Shown piece after piece: positions 43,948-59,049 of a DNA stretch of 64,000 bases (its first letter is position 1; every line of letters starts with the position of its first letter). Under the pieces are notes generated by a model. The model saw only the letters and a program-made list of their open reading frames with translations, was not told the DNA's origin and made no database searches. The stretch comes from Azolla caroliniana (Eukaryota; Plantae; Polypodiophyta): assembly GCA_043228905.1 (NCBI GenBank), contig JBHGNT010000003.1:24056001-24120000 (forward strand). Direction: 5' to 3'. The position numbers were made by a program, and so were the translations under genes.

Positions 43948-46071
43948 TCTATCCTCTTCATATTTTGTTCTTGGTCTTAGAAGTTAGCACCTCTTTAAGG
44001 TCTTCTATTTCTAACCTCTTGTAAAAACTTTAGGCCTAGGGTTTGTTTCTAGGGGGGAAGTTTAGGATTTTTACATTAGGATTATGTTCAACTTCTTTTA
44101 TTTTTTTAGCTCTTGCCCCAACACCATCATTCATTCATTCAAATTTCATACATCTTTTTGTATTGGGATTCTCGTGTTGGAAAAGTTACCAAAGAATATA
44201 GACATGGTAACAAAATCTCCCTTCTAGATATGAGAGAGAGAGAGAGAGAGCCTAGAGGGATGATGACAATGATATAAAAATGCCCGATGCAACAATGTAC
44301 ACTCAGAACCTGTTCGAAAGAATGCTTGATTTCTTGTTCGACACTCTTAGATACAAATACGGTAAATTCGTGGAGACTTTAGCCATGAATGGAATTTTTT
44401 GTGGCTTTCTCGTGTAGATACCTACCTAGTACATAGAAATGAAATTTTTTGTAGCATGAAGTGCACCCTACCTATGAAAAAAAAAATTCAAAAGTAGGTG
44501 GGTGCCCAACAAACTAAAGCATGTGTACAATATCCATGACCGAAGTCTTAAACCCGTATAATTGTTTTGTGTTTTCCATTGACATCTCCAATGTTAAACC
44601 ATATCATCAAAGTGTTGAGTCATCCTGGCGTAATTCTTGTCCTTACGATTTAAGGCCCTACACGAGAGAGAAGGATGAAGTTGGACGAGTCTAATGTTTC
44701 GTAGTTGTCCCATTGCTTTCAATTAGAGTTTGCCCATTATGAGACAAGGTCCTTTGCGTTCCCAATGTTCGTAATGTCAACGATAAGAGTAAATGAATAA
44801 ATAATAGTTACACCATCAACATAAATGATTGGTGAGTTTAATTAAAGACTCTATGAGGAATCACAAGACTAACATACACCGAACTTGATCAACTTGCAAA
44901 GCGCTATAGCATGTGATATGCATGGTTAGGTGATAAAATGATCTCATAAAAAACATGAAGAAGGTGGGTTTCACTAAAATACAGAGATGGCAAATTGCAA
45001 TAAAAACCAAAGTGACTCAATACCTTACTCCATAAAATAGTTACAACTTACACTTATATACTTTCCTGGAGTAATATCTATGTTGTAATAATTGTGGATA
45101 TCAAATATTGATATCAATCTCTAGCTCTATGTTTGATTGGGTCTACTTGGCCCGATTCCAAAGCCAAAAAGGCAAGTACTTAAATATGTTCTCATAAAAA
45201 GAGAGTGAACCTTATGTTGATGCATATAAATGTGAATATGATGATAAATTGGTAGCATTTGGTTCACTTGGAGTAAATATCCTACGGTATTTTGTAAATT
45301 GTAGTTCAAACCATATCAACTTATGAGACTTGAACATTTATGCCACTAAGAATCTTCTTTTACAATTGTTTACTTTTAAATTGAATTAATGTGAATAACC
45401 TATGTCAGGTGAGGTATACATGTTCTCTTGTTTCCATGATCTAGACCTTTTCAATAGATCAACAAATTGCAAAATGACCATGAAACCAAATTGTTGTAGA
45501 GGAGGTATATTTGTGAAGAGAAGATGATGAGGTTCCATAGAGAATCCGCGGAAATATAAAAGAAACATATATGTTATCTTTGAAAATGTATCGAACCATT
45601 GTTTATACTATCCTTGTAAATGTCCCTTTGCCCATTTCGAAAATCAGCGATACCATTTTCAATGAGTTAAACAATATAGATAGTTTGTATGAATGCATGG
45701 AGAGATTCCCAATAGGATGATACTAATGGAGTTTTTGTAATTACATGCAAGTTTGGTTGATAGTTATACAACTCCAGTGATGGGGTGAATAATACAATTT
45801 ATTAGGCGGTAAGGTATAAGAAAAATCTACTAAAAATTGCCAACAAGGCAATTCACATGTATGTGAAGGACATATTGGGAGGATTTGATGTATATGGGTT
45901 TTTGACAAAGGACATGAAGAGAATGGATTTGGAACTAGTATCACATTGTTAATAGCATAGAACGTAATATTCGTGTTCGTGCAAGCATTCAAACGTTTGG
46001 AAACGAACGCGTTTGAAATGGGAAAAATACTCATTAAAGTATTTATTTATTTTTTCATTTACTGTTGTTGC

Positions 46072-46443
46072 AATTTATCTCGCCGTAATGGTAAGGAGTC
46101 ATGCTGTTGTTGTTAATGTCTTGTGTTCGATTCCCAATTTTCTCATCTCTCTCATTATTACCATGTCAAAGCAAAATTTTATGTTATTGTAATAATAGTT
46201 TTTTTCTTTTCTTTTTTTATTATTAGAACTAACCACAACCTAGTATGAAGGTGTTGTGCTATTATTACTTGTGTCTTGGGGTCAATTCCTAACTTTCTCG
46301 TATCCTCTAGTTAGTGTCATGTTCCTTTTTCTTCTTTTTCTTTCTTTCTTTGTTATTAGAAATTAGCTCACCCTTGTGGTAAGTTGTTATGCTACTACTA
46401 CTTATATCATGGCAAAATTTTATGTTAATGTCATGTTCCTTTT

Positions 46444-46479
<36 letters not shown>

Positions 46480-46540
46480 ATTAGAAATTAGGTCACCCTA
46501 GTGGTAAGTTGTTATGCTACTACTGCCTATGTCATGTTTT
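46072..46540 (+). mobile_element. Tandem degenerate tRNA-derived / SINE-like units (4 copies), with another copy at ~47918-47975
   Basis: Shared head 'aattagctcac..tagtggtaag' (A-box-like). B-box-like GTTCGATTCC at 46125-46134 and GGTTCAAGCC at 47960-47969. Units are separated by T-rich / (TTTC)n tracts. No clean cloverleaf seen. Confidence 0.45.
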
Positions 46541-48001
46541 CTTCATATCCTCGAATATACATTTATGAGTTTTTGAACGTTTGATTATAATTTATAATGA
46601 CATATTTTGATTCCATCTCTATAGTTCATACTCATTTTTTTGTAAAGTTCTAAAGTAAGGATGATAGAGATGTCTTGATTCTTAAGAAGCATTCCAAAAG
46701 TATGCATGTGATACAATGCAAATATCGCAACCATACTTACGTTGGTGGTTCACAATATATTAGAGTCCACTTATTGGGATTGCGAATGAATCAATATATA
46801 ATATAGACCATAGTCAATCCAATCCAACTTTGAGATGATTTACCATACACATTTGATTGAATCATTCTCGAATGTGAATGCACGTATAATACGTATGGTT
46901 TGTTCTATGGTTAATAGTGTAGAACAACCCTCATTCAAACCATTACAAAGAACGCAATGTTATGAGCAAACCATTACAAAGAAATTGGGCTCCTCATTCA
47001 AACAGATTACACACTTGGAGAATCTGAGACTAGATGATAAGATTAGAATTGTGCATGGGAAGAAGGCCCTCGTGTGAGTGAGAAATAAGTGTATAATGTA
47101 CGGAGACATTTTTGAAGTGTGAAATAGAAGAGGTCTTTCTCACTCTTAGTGTGTTTCCACCTCTCGCTAAAATGTTTGCTAGAATTCTTGTGTGCACTAA
47201 ATTTAAAAAATTAACAAAGTTTGCATGTGTTCACATGAGACAATGTATTTGTGTAGATGTCTTCTATCTCCAAACAAGCATTTAGAATGGATGGATAGTA
47301 GATAAATAGATGGACTAAGTGTTCGATAGGGACATGATATGATTATCACAATGATGAGATAAGAAGTAATGAATACTCGAGCCCCTCCCCCCCCCCCCCC
47401 CCCCCCTTTGTTTTTATGAATACATATATATTTGTAGGCTAAGGACAAATTTGACCAATGCATTGCAATATATACCCATGTGCCAAAATGGTCAATTCCA
47501 GACTTTGAATATTATACAAGTTATTTAGATTCTCTCGGTCTCTTACATAACATGTGTCCCAACCACTACCCACATGCGATAATGGAAGAAGTTAGGGCTA
47601 AAAATACAACAAAAAGACTAATAAAGGAGAACAATGAGACCTCCATTCCAAAAAACCCATGAAAGGGCAATGTCGAGAAGCATTGGAACCCTTAGCCGAG
47701 ACTCCTTGCACAATTGCACAATTGAGATGAGGCATCTCATGGAATTTTTGGATGGATCACCATAACCTATCTTGCCTTCTTCGTTTCCCATTTATCTTTA
47801 TTTAGGAGTTTACTAATATTTATTTTCTCAATCAAGCTAGCTATAGCTATAACATGTATTTTATTTTTGGTCTCATATGCCAATTTCCATCTTTGGATAC
47901 TCTCTTTGTCTTATCGTAATTAGCTCACTGTAGTGGTAAGTTCAAAGACTATAGGCTTGGGTTCAAGCCTAAATTTCACACATTTGTATTACTTCATACA
48001 T

Positions 48002-48092
<91 letters not shown>

Positions 48093-51083
48093 ACTTGACA
48101 TTGGGTAGGTTACATGTAGTACCTAAGGTTCATAGTAGCAAGAAGGGAAGGAATAAGACTTAAGTCACATAGTTTATAAGACATGATGGGCATCACACAT
48201 TTTCCTCAAATTTGGTGATGGTTTGACTTCTATGGAATATTGTTCAGATGTTTGTTTCAATGAATTTTCTGAAAAAGCTATTTATTAATTGATGTATTTT
48301 TTTTACTAATGACATGGTAGGGAATTTATTCCATTGGTTAATATGAATGTACATATACACTTTGCGTATCATTACTAGAATCCACCCCAAGCACTTGAAG
48401 TGCCCTATTCCACAAATTACATTGCCACATTGGCATGCTTCCATATGCAATATCTCCTTCTTGATGTGAACTTCATATAAGTCATATCATCATCTTCATT
48501 GTCCTTCCTTTGTAGCATAACAATGGCAATCCATTTATTAAAATTCATATGTTATGATTTGTAGATGTCATCCCATATGCTATAACCATGCATGCTAACA
48601 CATGTATGTCCCATTCTTTACATGTTTCTCATCCAACCATATGCTATTCTCCATTTCCATTATTCTCATAAACTATGGGTAGAATATTTTCTTCCTTGTG
48701 TAAGCCAATGATCTTTTCACTTGCATGATTTACTATTGAAGAATGTCCAATCTAAAGTAAATTTGTTATCATGAAAAGGTAAGTTATTTTGTTTTGTTAG
48801 CGCCATAGCGATTTCTCCTCTTGGTTGCAACTTGCAATCTCTCCACTCATGAAGAGCTACAAGATTATGATTGAATTTTTAATGGTTAATGCTTGTAATT
48901 CTTTGCTTTTTTGACAAAGTTTTTTGTTTTTCTATGTTATGATTTTAACCTTTTCTTAGTTTCTCCTTTATTATTGGGAATGATGTTCCGAACAAAGTTC
49001 TAGGGTAAGACCCTACACCAAAATGTGGTTAAGCATACTCAAAGTGTTTGACCCCCATGAACAAGGTTCGAAACGAGAATGAGGTTTTGGATGGTCTTCT
49101 TCATAACGAAGGTTGAAAGACCTCCGAATGAACCTTCAAATCATACCAATGTTAGCTTATGTCTCCTTCATGATTTTGAATCCAACCTTAGGTGTTCTTT
49201 ATACATATGAGTTAAAGAGCTGTATGCTAGTGCCAATAATTATTCCCAAAACATTTATCTTTGATGAATTGAAGCTCAATCATTATTTACATATTCGTTC
49301 ATTTCTTGAAAAGGAATCTTAGGGTGAACCTAGTATTATTCATTTTTGTATCCTATTTTTCAATTGTGACTTTATTTATATATATGCACCCACATATTGG
49401 AGTGCTCCAGGTGAACCTCGATACTGGCCACATTTGATATCCTTTATCATTTTTATAATGGGCAAGTGCCACATTAGGTATTTATGTTACAATTACTTCA
49501 TTCAGCTTGACTCAATGATCCTCCAACCTAGTGTTAACTAATGTCCCCAAAACTTGTGCTTGCTCCAAATTCGAAAGAACCCTCACTTAAATCCTATACT
49601 CCATTTTTTCGTAATTACATTTATTATTTCTATGTGTGGAGGAGTCTTCCAAATGGAACTCGGTATTTAATGATGGTGTTGGCATTTATGATGTCCTAAC
49701 AAAATGAAGTCACTTTGGCTTTTTCTTATGTGATTGAAGGAGTCACCCATCAAAGACTAGTGTTAGTAATTGCTCCCAATTGTTTGGCTCCAATGAAATG
49801 AAGCGAGGACAGTTTTTTATATGTTGTGGCTTGAAACAATTTTCCAATTGAAGCCATGTACTACTCCTATTCACTACCTTTTTAACACTTCCCACGAGTT
49901 GAATTCACATGAGAGCCACATTCATCTACGAGTTCCTCCTTCCAAGTTTTGTGCTTTGCAAACTCAACCTTAAGCAAATCCAATGGAAAAATTATCAAGT
50001 AGCCTTAAAGCTTGATGAAATTATAATGTTATATGTCCTAGACATTTTTTAAATATTAAGCTAAAAACCCACCAAATCCGATGCAAAAAAACTCTATATT
50101 TTTTAACAAGTTTAATGCCAAATTTGGGAAGGAGCTAGCAAGTACATCTTTTAAGCATGAGATGAAGGAAGATATTCATCGACAATGTCCTTCCGATTCT
50201 CGATTGATTTAATAATGGCAAAATCCATTTTTTGACATTACTAACAACTAATTCACACATATCAAATTATGTCTACATGTCCTCAAGTATGAAACACTAG
50301 CAATAGAAACCAACTTTGAGTCTGTCAAAAAACTTACAAAATCCTCTAAATCAATATTAGACAATGGAGATTGTTTTGTTAGGCGAGGGTCATTATATAG
50401 TAAGTTTTTCTCCTAAGCCAAGCTCATCCATTAACACATCTATAAAAGAGGCATCCAATTGACAATTATTTAGGTTTACAATGCCTATTAGCTATGGGAA
50501 CGTACTCTACTAGTTAGTATAGTTGTCATAAAAATCAACTTGTGTGCAAATTACACGAGGTTAGTAGATACATTAAACTAGTTAGATATTGGATTTCTAT
50601 GCCAATATTTCATTTGATTAAATACATGCTTGAACAAATTGTAGTTTGGCCTTGGAAAGAAAAATGTCGTTTTAAGCTTGACTGACGTGGATTATTATTA
50701 TTTAACTTAGACCCTTGAACAATGTCTTCAAACGACAAAGTTTACGTTGTTCACTTCTGTTCCGACTGAACTTGGAAGTAACAAGGTACAATCAACTTTG
50801 GTCAGGGATGAACCTCAAAATAGCAATCATATCGCCAGCTTTTACTTTTGCTCAAGGTATGGGGGGGGCGATTATCGAAAAGATAGAGATAGAAGAAAGC
50901 TATGATTCTATCACAATTCGACCGAGTTGCACCCACAAGCATAATAAGACTACCATTCCTCTCCCTCCTTTGTAGTGCTTCGTATTTGTCCTTTTGTCAT
51001 GGGATTAAGATATAAGTTGTGATGTCGAAAAGCCATATAATGTTTTCCCCAAAGGGCTAAGAACAAATTGGATATAGCTACAC

Positions 51084-51120
<37 letters not shown>

Positions 51121-51243
51121 TACATGAGATAAACCAGAAAGGGATATCAGTCAGTATATGTAATGTGCAATAATATACTCTTTGACAAAGCATCCTTTCC
51201 TTCTTAAATAACAACATTCTCCTTTCTCATGGGGTGGATAGGG

Positions 51244-51310
<67 letters not shown>

Positions 51311-51664
51311 CTTTTCACTCTTTACATCTTGTCTCTATCTATGCAAGACACTTCTTCTTCTTCTTTTCAGAATTTACTGAACACATTTCTCCATTCATGG
51401 TCTGACACAATAGTAACTTTTTAATTTACTTCCTTTTCATCTACCTGTCTCGGTTAAAGAAAACAAGAAAACAAGCAAGCACACAGACACACACACAGCA
51501 TCAGGGATGGAGGAGGGGGGAGAGTAATTGCAATAAAGGTCAAGGGAAAATAAAGAAGACAAAGAAGTTAGAGAAAAGGAAATATATTTAGTTTTTGTGA
51601 AAGACTGTTAACACCACACCACTACATTTAATTGATCGAAACAAACATAAAAAACACTCCTCTT

Positions 51665-51706
<42 letters not shown>

Positions 51707-54700
51707 AATCTTCTTCTTCTGTTTAGTTTTTTATCTCAGATGGATGGATGGGATGGGACATGTGAAATCCATGGAAATAAGCAAACAAGGATTGGCCATA
51801 AATAATGATGATGATAATGATGATGATGATTATAGTTGATTTGATTTGAGAGCCCATTCATTTAACCCTCTATTGTATGTGTGTGTATTGTGTGCAGGCA
51901 CACCTCCCCAAGATCCTCAATTATTGAAGAAGTATGGGAAAAGAGGAGAAGGAAGAGGAGTCTAGGACCCTCTTTTGGCCATCCCCACCACTCTCTTTTT
52001 GAAAACCTCATAATACAAACGGCTAGAAAACACACACACACACACACACAAATGACACCAAACACACTTTGGAAATTCAAAGCTTTTTGTTCACATTATG
52101 TACTACTTTCTTTTTTGGAAGGGGGAGCTTTACGCCCAATTGCCTTACAACACTCCATTCTTTGATAGCTAGCGTTTTCGTCAAGTTCCAATTAGAAATA
52201 TATCTAGGACGGAGCAGTGGTTGTCTCTTACCCGTCACGGCAAGCACACTGTGCATAAGACTTGGGTAACACACCCACCCATGCCTTGGCATCAAATTGT
52301 CATACGCAAAGTTAATGGATCTACCTATGAATAACATACATTCGTTAATGTATGATCATAGCCATTCTTTCTACTGCCAAGGAAATTATGATGCCTTGTG
52401 TCATCTCATTTCTTATTATACGAGTCACGAAAAGAAATACAAAGTGTATTATTCTTTCATGGAATTTGATCACAAAATTCGATTATAGCTACCTCTATGA
52501 TGTAGGACAAAAGTACCTAGAGATAAAATAAAGAGGTGATATCCATGATCATGTTTGACAACACAAGAAATAATTGTGTTTTTTTGAACCTGTGAAGAAC
52601 AACTTACATCGCAACTCTAGAGATCATATTGTTATGGACAATGTTGAACAGTTTCAAAATACATATTTGTAGATTTCCAATGCACCTATGGAGAGCCATT
52701 TACATTGTTGAAATAGATTTCTATACCCCATTTAGCAAAAGTAATGCTCAAGAAAGTTGTTTTGTAATATTTGAATGTGAAACCATAAGTTACAGTTCCC
52801 TAGGAAGGTGTGTCATATAGGTGTCCATATCCTTGGCCACGGAGGCCGATATTATCCCACAAATGTTGGTAGAAAATTGAGTCTCTATTGTACCTTTACT
52901 ATATTCATTAACTAAGAAAGCAAACGTTGATCTCGATCAAAGTTCTTGTTGAAATGGGGTAATTCTCCTATGGTCGGCAGATCATCATCAGGGCCTCAAT
53001 GGCACTACCAAGCACCCCGATGGTTGTTTCCCCCCAATAGTTTCCAACAGCGTCTAGGTGTTGTAAATTTGTATAGTTATGGTACAAATAACTAGGTTAT
53101 TGGAGTTGTTTGGATACGTTTGTTGAAAATGAGGTGGGGACTATGTCCGCTTTGGTGGGAAGGCCAGAGTGAGGGCTGTTGAGAGGAATTTTGAGAGTTC
53201 TATGATGTAATTTTGTTTGCTAACTAATGCGAAGCAGTATTTTTTTGGAAAAAAAAAGAAAGCAAACGTTGGTCATAGGAAACTAAGAGTTTAATAAGAG
53301 GTGCATATCATTTTATTGTAGGTTAATGTTGAAGTGCATTAAGCAACCACATGCACTATGGTTAAAGGGAGCACTTCTATTTTTCTACTCTACAACATGA
53401 TGTGGTCCTATTTAAGACATTTATGGAAGAAAACATACGGTAATATCACTTTGAGGTCTTCATTTATTGGTTTCTATTTTCCATTGTTTATCATAAAACC
53501 TTGCTTTGTATGTTCAATTGGTTGTTCAAAGAGTACTAAGATCTTCCTATCTAAATATTAATAGATCCTACAATGAACCTCTAAATTCCATTTAAAAACC
53601 AAATGTGTACACGGTAAGTGCAATCTCCGTTATTCTAAGTGCTTGCATTAGAGAACTATAAGCCTTCCAAAAAACCATGCGTGCATTTATAAAGCTATTT
53701 TAATCCCTTGGGGTCTGGATAAAATATTGTTATGATGTCTCACATGAACATTGATAGACAAAAACCAACTCAACCAGTTGTTTCATTGTTCCATCACACA
53801 AGTAAATATGGCTATGGTAAAGGAAGTCAATTCCCAGTTATTCGATAAAGTGAGTTTCTTCACCCAATAAAGCATTCTTTCTTATCCATCGATATGTAGT
53901 CAATCTACAAAGTTCAAGGCATTAGATAATATATGCATGTGTGCATGCAAAAATCTAAAGCTATTAGGGTATTTGCATTGAAGTAATAATGCATCAATTA
54001 ACACTTGAAACCATGGAAAACATCTATGTGCACAATTTGTTCTTTCAATTCCTTGGGGAATGGCATGAAACATTCTTATGCTTTACTATGGACCAAAAGC
54101 AACAAGAAACGACAAAAGCCAACAATCTTGTCTTCTTTTATTGTATCATTGGGCACATAGATATTGTTACAATAAAAGAAAACAATCCATATTCATCGGA
54201 CTAAAAGAGTCTCTTTGTTAAATAAAGAATTGCACACATATTATGATTGCATGTACTGAACATGGAAAATCGCATGATGTGTATCGATCATGAAAATTAA
54301 ATTTTCAACCGCTATCATTTTTAAGCTGCAAGTATTTGGATCAATCTAAAATTTTAAATGATAATTTTAGTCAATACAGCATTTAAGACCTTGCGCACTC
54401 ACCCTATATCATAAGATGCATGGTTTGGTATGTATCATTTGATCCAATTCGAATTGTTTTTCCACATTCTAATGTTATATACCTTTATATCTGAGGCTTT
54501 GAGCTGCCCACATCTAAACCCAAAAACATCAAAATGTTACAATGACCCTTGATGGTAACACAAGCACCATGTTAAGATTAAAACAATGATGACCTTCAGA
54601 ATCTTTGAGAACAACCTATAAAAACATTCGGTCAAAGGCTCTTAACCCATGGAACTTAGGTCAAGGGTCACTTCCTAGTCTCTCATTAATATCCCAAACA

Positions 54701-57700
54701 TGTGCGAGTGTGATGTTGCAAATTATAGGGTTTCTTGCCATAGATGCTAACATTTTCACAAGAATGCTACAATATGTCTATACACTATGAAAGATAATTT
54801 GAGAATAGAGTTTTATGTCACCATTGGTACAAAACAAAAGTCTTCACAGCTTATGTTCAAGAGCCTTCCTTTGAGACACCCTTCATATATGGGATGTAAT
54901 GAAAGATGCATTCCAATAATCAATAAAAAAACAATTGACGATACAATTTCACAAACATTCCTAAATTCAACCATTACAACACCAAACCGTGTTATTCCCT
55001 ATCAACAAACACAACATGTTCAACTTTGTTAGAAACTTTATGAGTTTGTAATGATAATTTTGTACATTTGGGAAAATGTACAAATGATGTAAATGCAATA
55101 TAGGTGTTTTGAAACAATGACATGGACAAACTAAACAATTTAATGTTCTGAAGTCCTTGTTGGCCTCATGATCGAATTAAAGGAAATCTAGAGCATTGAA
55201 AATGCACTTCAAATCTAATAGAAGGCTAAACAAGGGAGAAATTTAACCATTTTCTCACTGCAGTTATATTTTTAGGTGTACAAGTGAAATATTAACTAGC
55301 TTCTATTTTATGTATTGTCTACTAGGGCTCAGTCTAAGTTGCATGAGAATTGCATTTGGAATCTCAAACAATTGCTGCTACTCATAACAACAAACAAAAC
55401 GAGGAGACATAACCATGTATTCATGACCATGTATTCACAAGTAAACTAAATATTATCGAACTTCGGGTGATGCCAAAACTTAACCCATAATGTATTATAA
55501 TTTTTTCCTTCTAATGCAACGTTTGGACTTATGGAGTGATTATGCACATACTTTTAGGCGTACAAAATTATGTATTTTGTTTGATTATTGACCTGTAATT
55601 TTCATACAAAAAACTACATTATTAGTCCATGATATATCAAGCTCATTTACTCAAAGCATGTTATTAAGTTCAAGCGAGTTTAGGTATATAACACTAAAGA
55701 CACAAACAAAGTGAAGAAAAAGGACAATTAATTGTAGGCTTTTCAATACCTTGTTGAATAAATGTTCATTTTTATGAACTCCATTTGGGATCACACACAC
55801 ACACACACACAACCCTCATTAACTACATCTTCACGTTCTTCATCATCAAGATCCTCACACACATCTAAGTAATTCAATCAAGATCCTTAATAAGTCACTA
55901 GTATAGGGTCAAAATATTATACTTTTTGCAACCCTAAATAATGGCCAAGCTCATTACATTATGTGAATGTATGTACTTAATTGCAGTATCCATATTGATG
56001 GACTTTATGTTTAGTTATTGACGAGCCTTGTTATCTAAATTCATGGACATAATTGTTTGTTATTGATGAAGATTTGGTTTCCAAATTGTGGGGAATTTAT
56101 GTTTAGTAGCTAGGTATTGATGAACAATGATACCTAAATAAGGATATTATGTTTAGTTTGATACAAATTTGAGATCCTTATGATGAAGAAATGACATCTT
56201 AATAGAATTCACTGGTTTTTATTATTATCTAGAAGCCCATTAATCATGGAATGCTTGCTTGCTATTGTTTTTCTATAAGCTTGCAATCCTTACCATGTTC
56301 GTTATTATGATCGTAGTTGCGGAACTCAACAATTTTAATAATCACGTTCACAATATAGTCATTCGTCATTGATGCACCTCGATGACCATATGATTTTAGA
56401 AACATTCATGAAAGCTCACATTCGTATGGTGTACAGATCTACATGCTAGCAAGTTTGTTGCCTATACATATTAAATTGATGCTCTATAAATATTTTTGTT
56501 ATTAAGCACAATAACTTAACTAATATATGAGTAAGGTGTGATTGTTTCCACGAAATACACAAATTGTTATTATGATAAACTTGGCTAAAGCCTAAAAATA
56601 ACTAATTTGTTTCAAATATATGGATACCATTAGTTCCAGAATAGAAAGGGCTAGACATACACATACATGGAATAAACAAATAGGGTCAACTCAATATTGA
56701 AGTGATTGTTGCTTCATTCTATTCATCGACAATATTCTCGAGTCATATCTTGTTAATTCTTATTTTCAATGGAGAGCATAATCTCCAGTGATATTTCATT
56801 CTATCATGAAATCATGCATGCAATACACAAGGACCATTGAATATGTATTATTGTTTGCAAATGTATGTTGTGTATTGGAGCACTTTCACGCACATGATTG
56901 ACATTGAAAGAGGAAGATCTTCTCTTTCACTGGATGTAAACCATTGGATGACATCGTTTTGAACTAAATGTAGAGAAGTAGAGTCTACAAGGAAGGTTTT
57001 CCTTTATTTGCCATGTGGATCATTTAGAATTTTGTTGTATTCTATTTGTTAAGTAATGCTAAGTAGTGGTTTTTTTTTCCAAACACTTCTTGAGTTCATG
57101 CACATAAATTTTGAAGCAAAGAGTGAATTGAATATATAACTTAACAATGAAGAAAACGGTTGCATCTTGAGCTCTATTCGCATTCGTGAAATTAGGGATA
57201 TTTTGGTGCAAGTAAGGGCATCAAAAGTAAGCAAGAATGATAACATCAAGACCAAATGTTATATTTTTGAGAGTGAGATGTTACAAAATCCCATTGACAA
57301 AGAAGAACTTAGATATAATATCATTTTCTTTCATTTAATGTGGCATTATTTTGTTGCAAAGTTTGTTACAATAATCAAGTTTGACAATGAAAGGTTGCTA
57401 GATGTAATAGCTTACGAGCAATGTTATGTTTTTCCAAATTGATGTCTCCATATTGGTTGGGGATTCAACATCTTAAAATGTAAATTGAGAAGTTGATAAT
57501 GTTCTTGAGAGGTTTGTTTGATACATATTTGAATATGGTGGAGTATTGACCATGATAAAACTATCTCTTGGTGGGATTATTCGGTTGGTGAATGCTCCAT
57601 CAAAACTATTGTATTATAATCACAAACTCAGGCCACGTATGTTCAACAACAATACAATCCTATTGAAACATGCTGATCATTATAAAGTTCATACCTTTAC

Positions 57701-59049
57701 ATACATATATCCGACAACAAGACAATCTAATTGAAACACACTCATTATTGTAAACTTCTTAGCTTTACATACATATGAACTCCATTCATGTCCATATTGG
57801 TTTAAATTTGAAGACTCACTTAAAAAGAAGAAGCTCCTTTGGTAATGTTCCTTTCGTAATTTGACTTCGAAGGAGATTATCTACAATTGGCAATAGTAGA
57901 TTCTTGATAGTTCAAGCAATGTGTCCCATCTACATTCTAACCTTGTAATTAGTCATTACAATCCCATGTGAAGTGTTTTCAAGGATTCAAGCACTATATC
58001 AGGAGTATTTGCACTTATATTTTAGAGCAACAGTTGGAAAGAAGGCTTATGCTTCAATTTTATGGATAGAAAAAGCTATTGTTAACATGTAACAGGTGTG
58101 TAAAGTAATTTCTTGTACAACCTCATGGTGTTTTCTTAGTAATAATGTAGCTTCTTTCCAGAAAAAAAAAGAAAAAAAAGGTCCATTATCAAGGAAAGAC
58201 CATTGAGATGTTTAAAAACGGGGTGCTTATTGCTAGCTAGATGTTATAAATTGGGCATCAAAATCCTTTCCATTTGAAGATCGAAGTCTTTTAAAATGAA
58301 TTAATCAAATATATAGGGACATATGAAAGCAACCAGCACATATGCAAAACAATTTCTTGGAAAGGGATAGAGCGTGTTGAATCGACATATATATGGAATT
58401 TTCCAATACAAGAAAAATGCCTTAGGGAAAACGTCACAACCTAGGTTTAAGGTTGTTTGATGTAATTCAATTATAGTGAAGTCTATCATGGAAATTTAAT
58501 ACTTTATGTTCTCCATGAAACATAATTAACTTCCCATTAGGCATAATTAACATAGATGCTTCAAGTCACTTGTCCATTAGGAATTCAGATCCTCCCTTGC
58601 GATCCATCTATGCCCCTAAGGTGATGCTCGCATGCATGCCCCTAACTCTCAATTTTATAGGTGATGGTGATACTCAAGGACTTCTCTACGATAATTTGTA
58701 CGTTCATAATATATATTTAAAAATAAATGCTTTATGAGTTGCTTTTGACTTGCTTATAAATCGTAATAAATTTGTCATTAAAATTTGAATTACTTATGTA
58801 TTTCCAAACTTGAATCTAGAACATTGCACGAATTTACATTCACAACATGTCATGAGTGAGTTTTACAATTAGAAAGGATCCATGTGCCGACTCTACTCTC
58901 AAGAATGGTTAAAGTGAACTCCATATAAATGACTCAATGAAGTCTTTCTTCATGGCAAAAGTCATCATTGCGTCTGTTTGTTGTTGATATTTATTGTGGT
59001 TCTCCCTTATTCCATGCTTCGGACAAACTAGAAGTCTTGTCTCATGGCA

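Noticed and set aside
46072-46140. Functional tRNA gene
   Set aside because: A- and B-box-like motifs are present but there is no complementary acceptor or anticodon stem; treated as SINE-like.
48244-50600. Retroelement gag/ORF1 remnant (CGIGHFKC knuckle-like)
   Set aside because: Too degenerate to assign by eye; it needs a repeat-library search.
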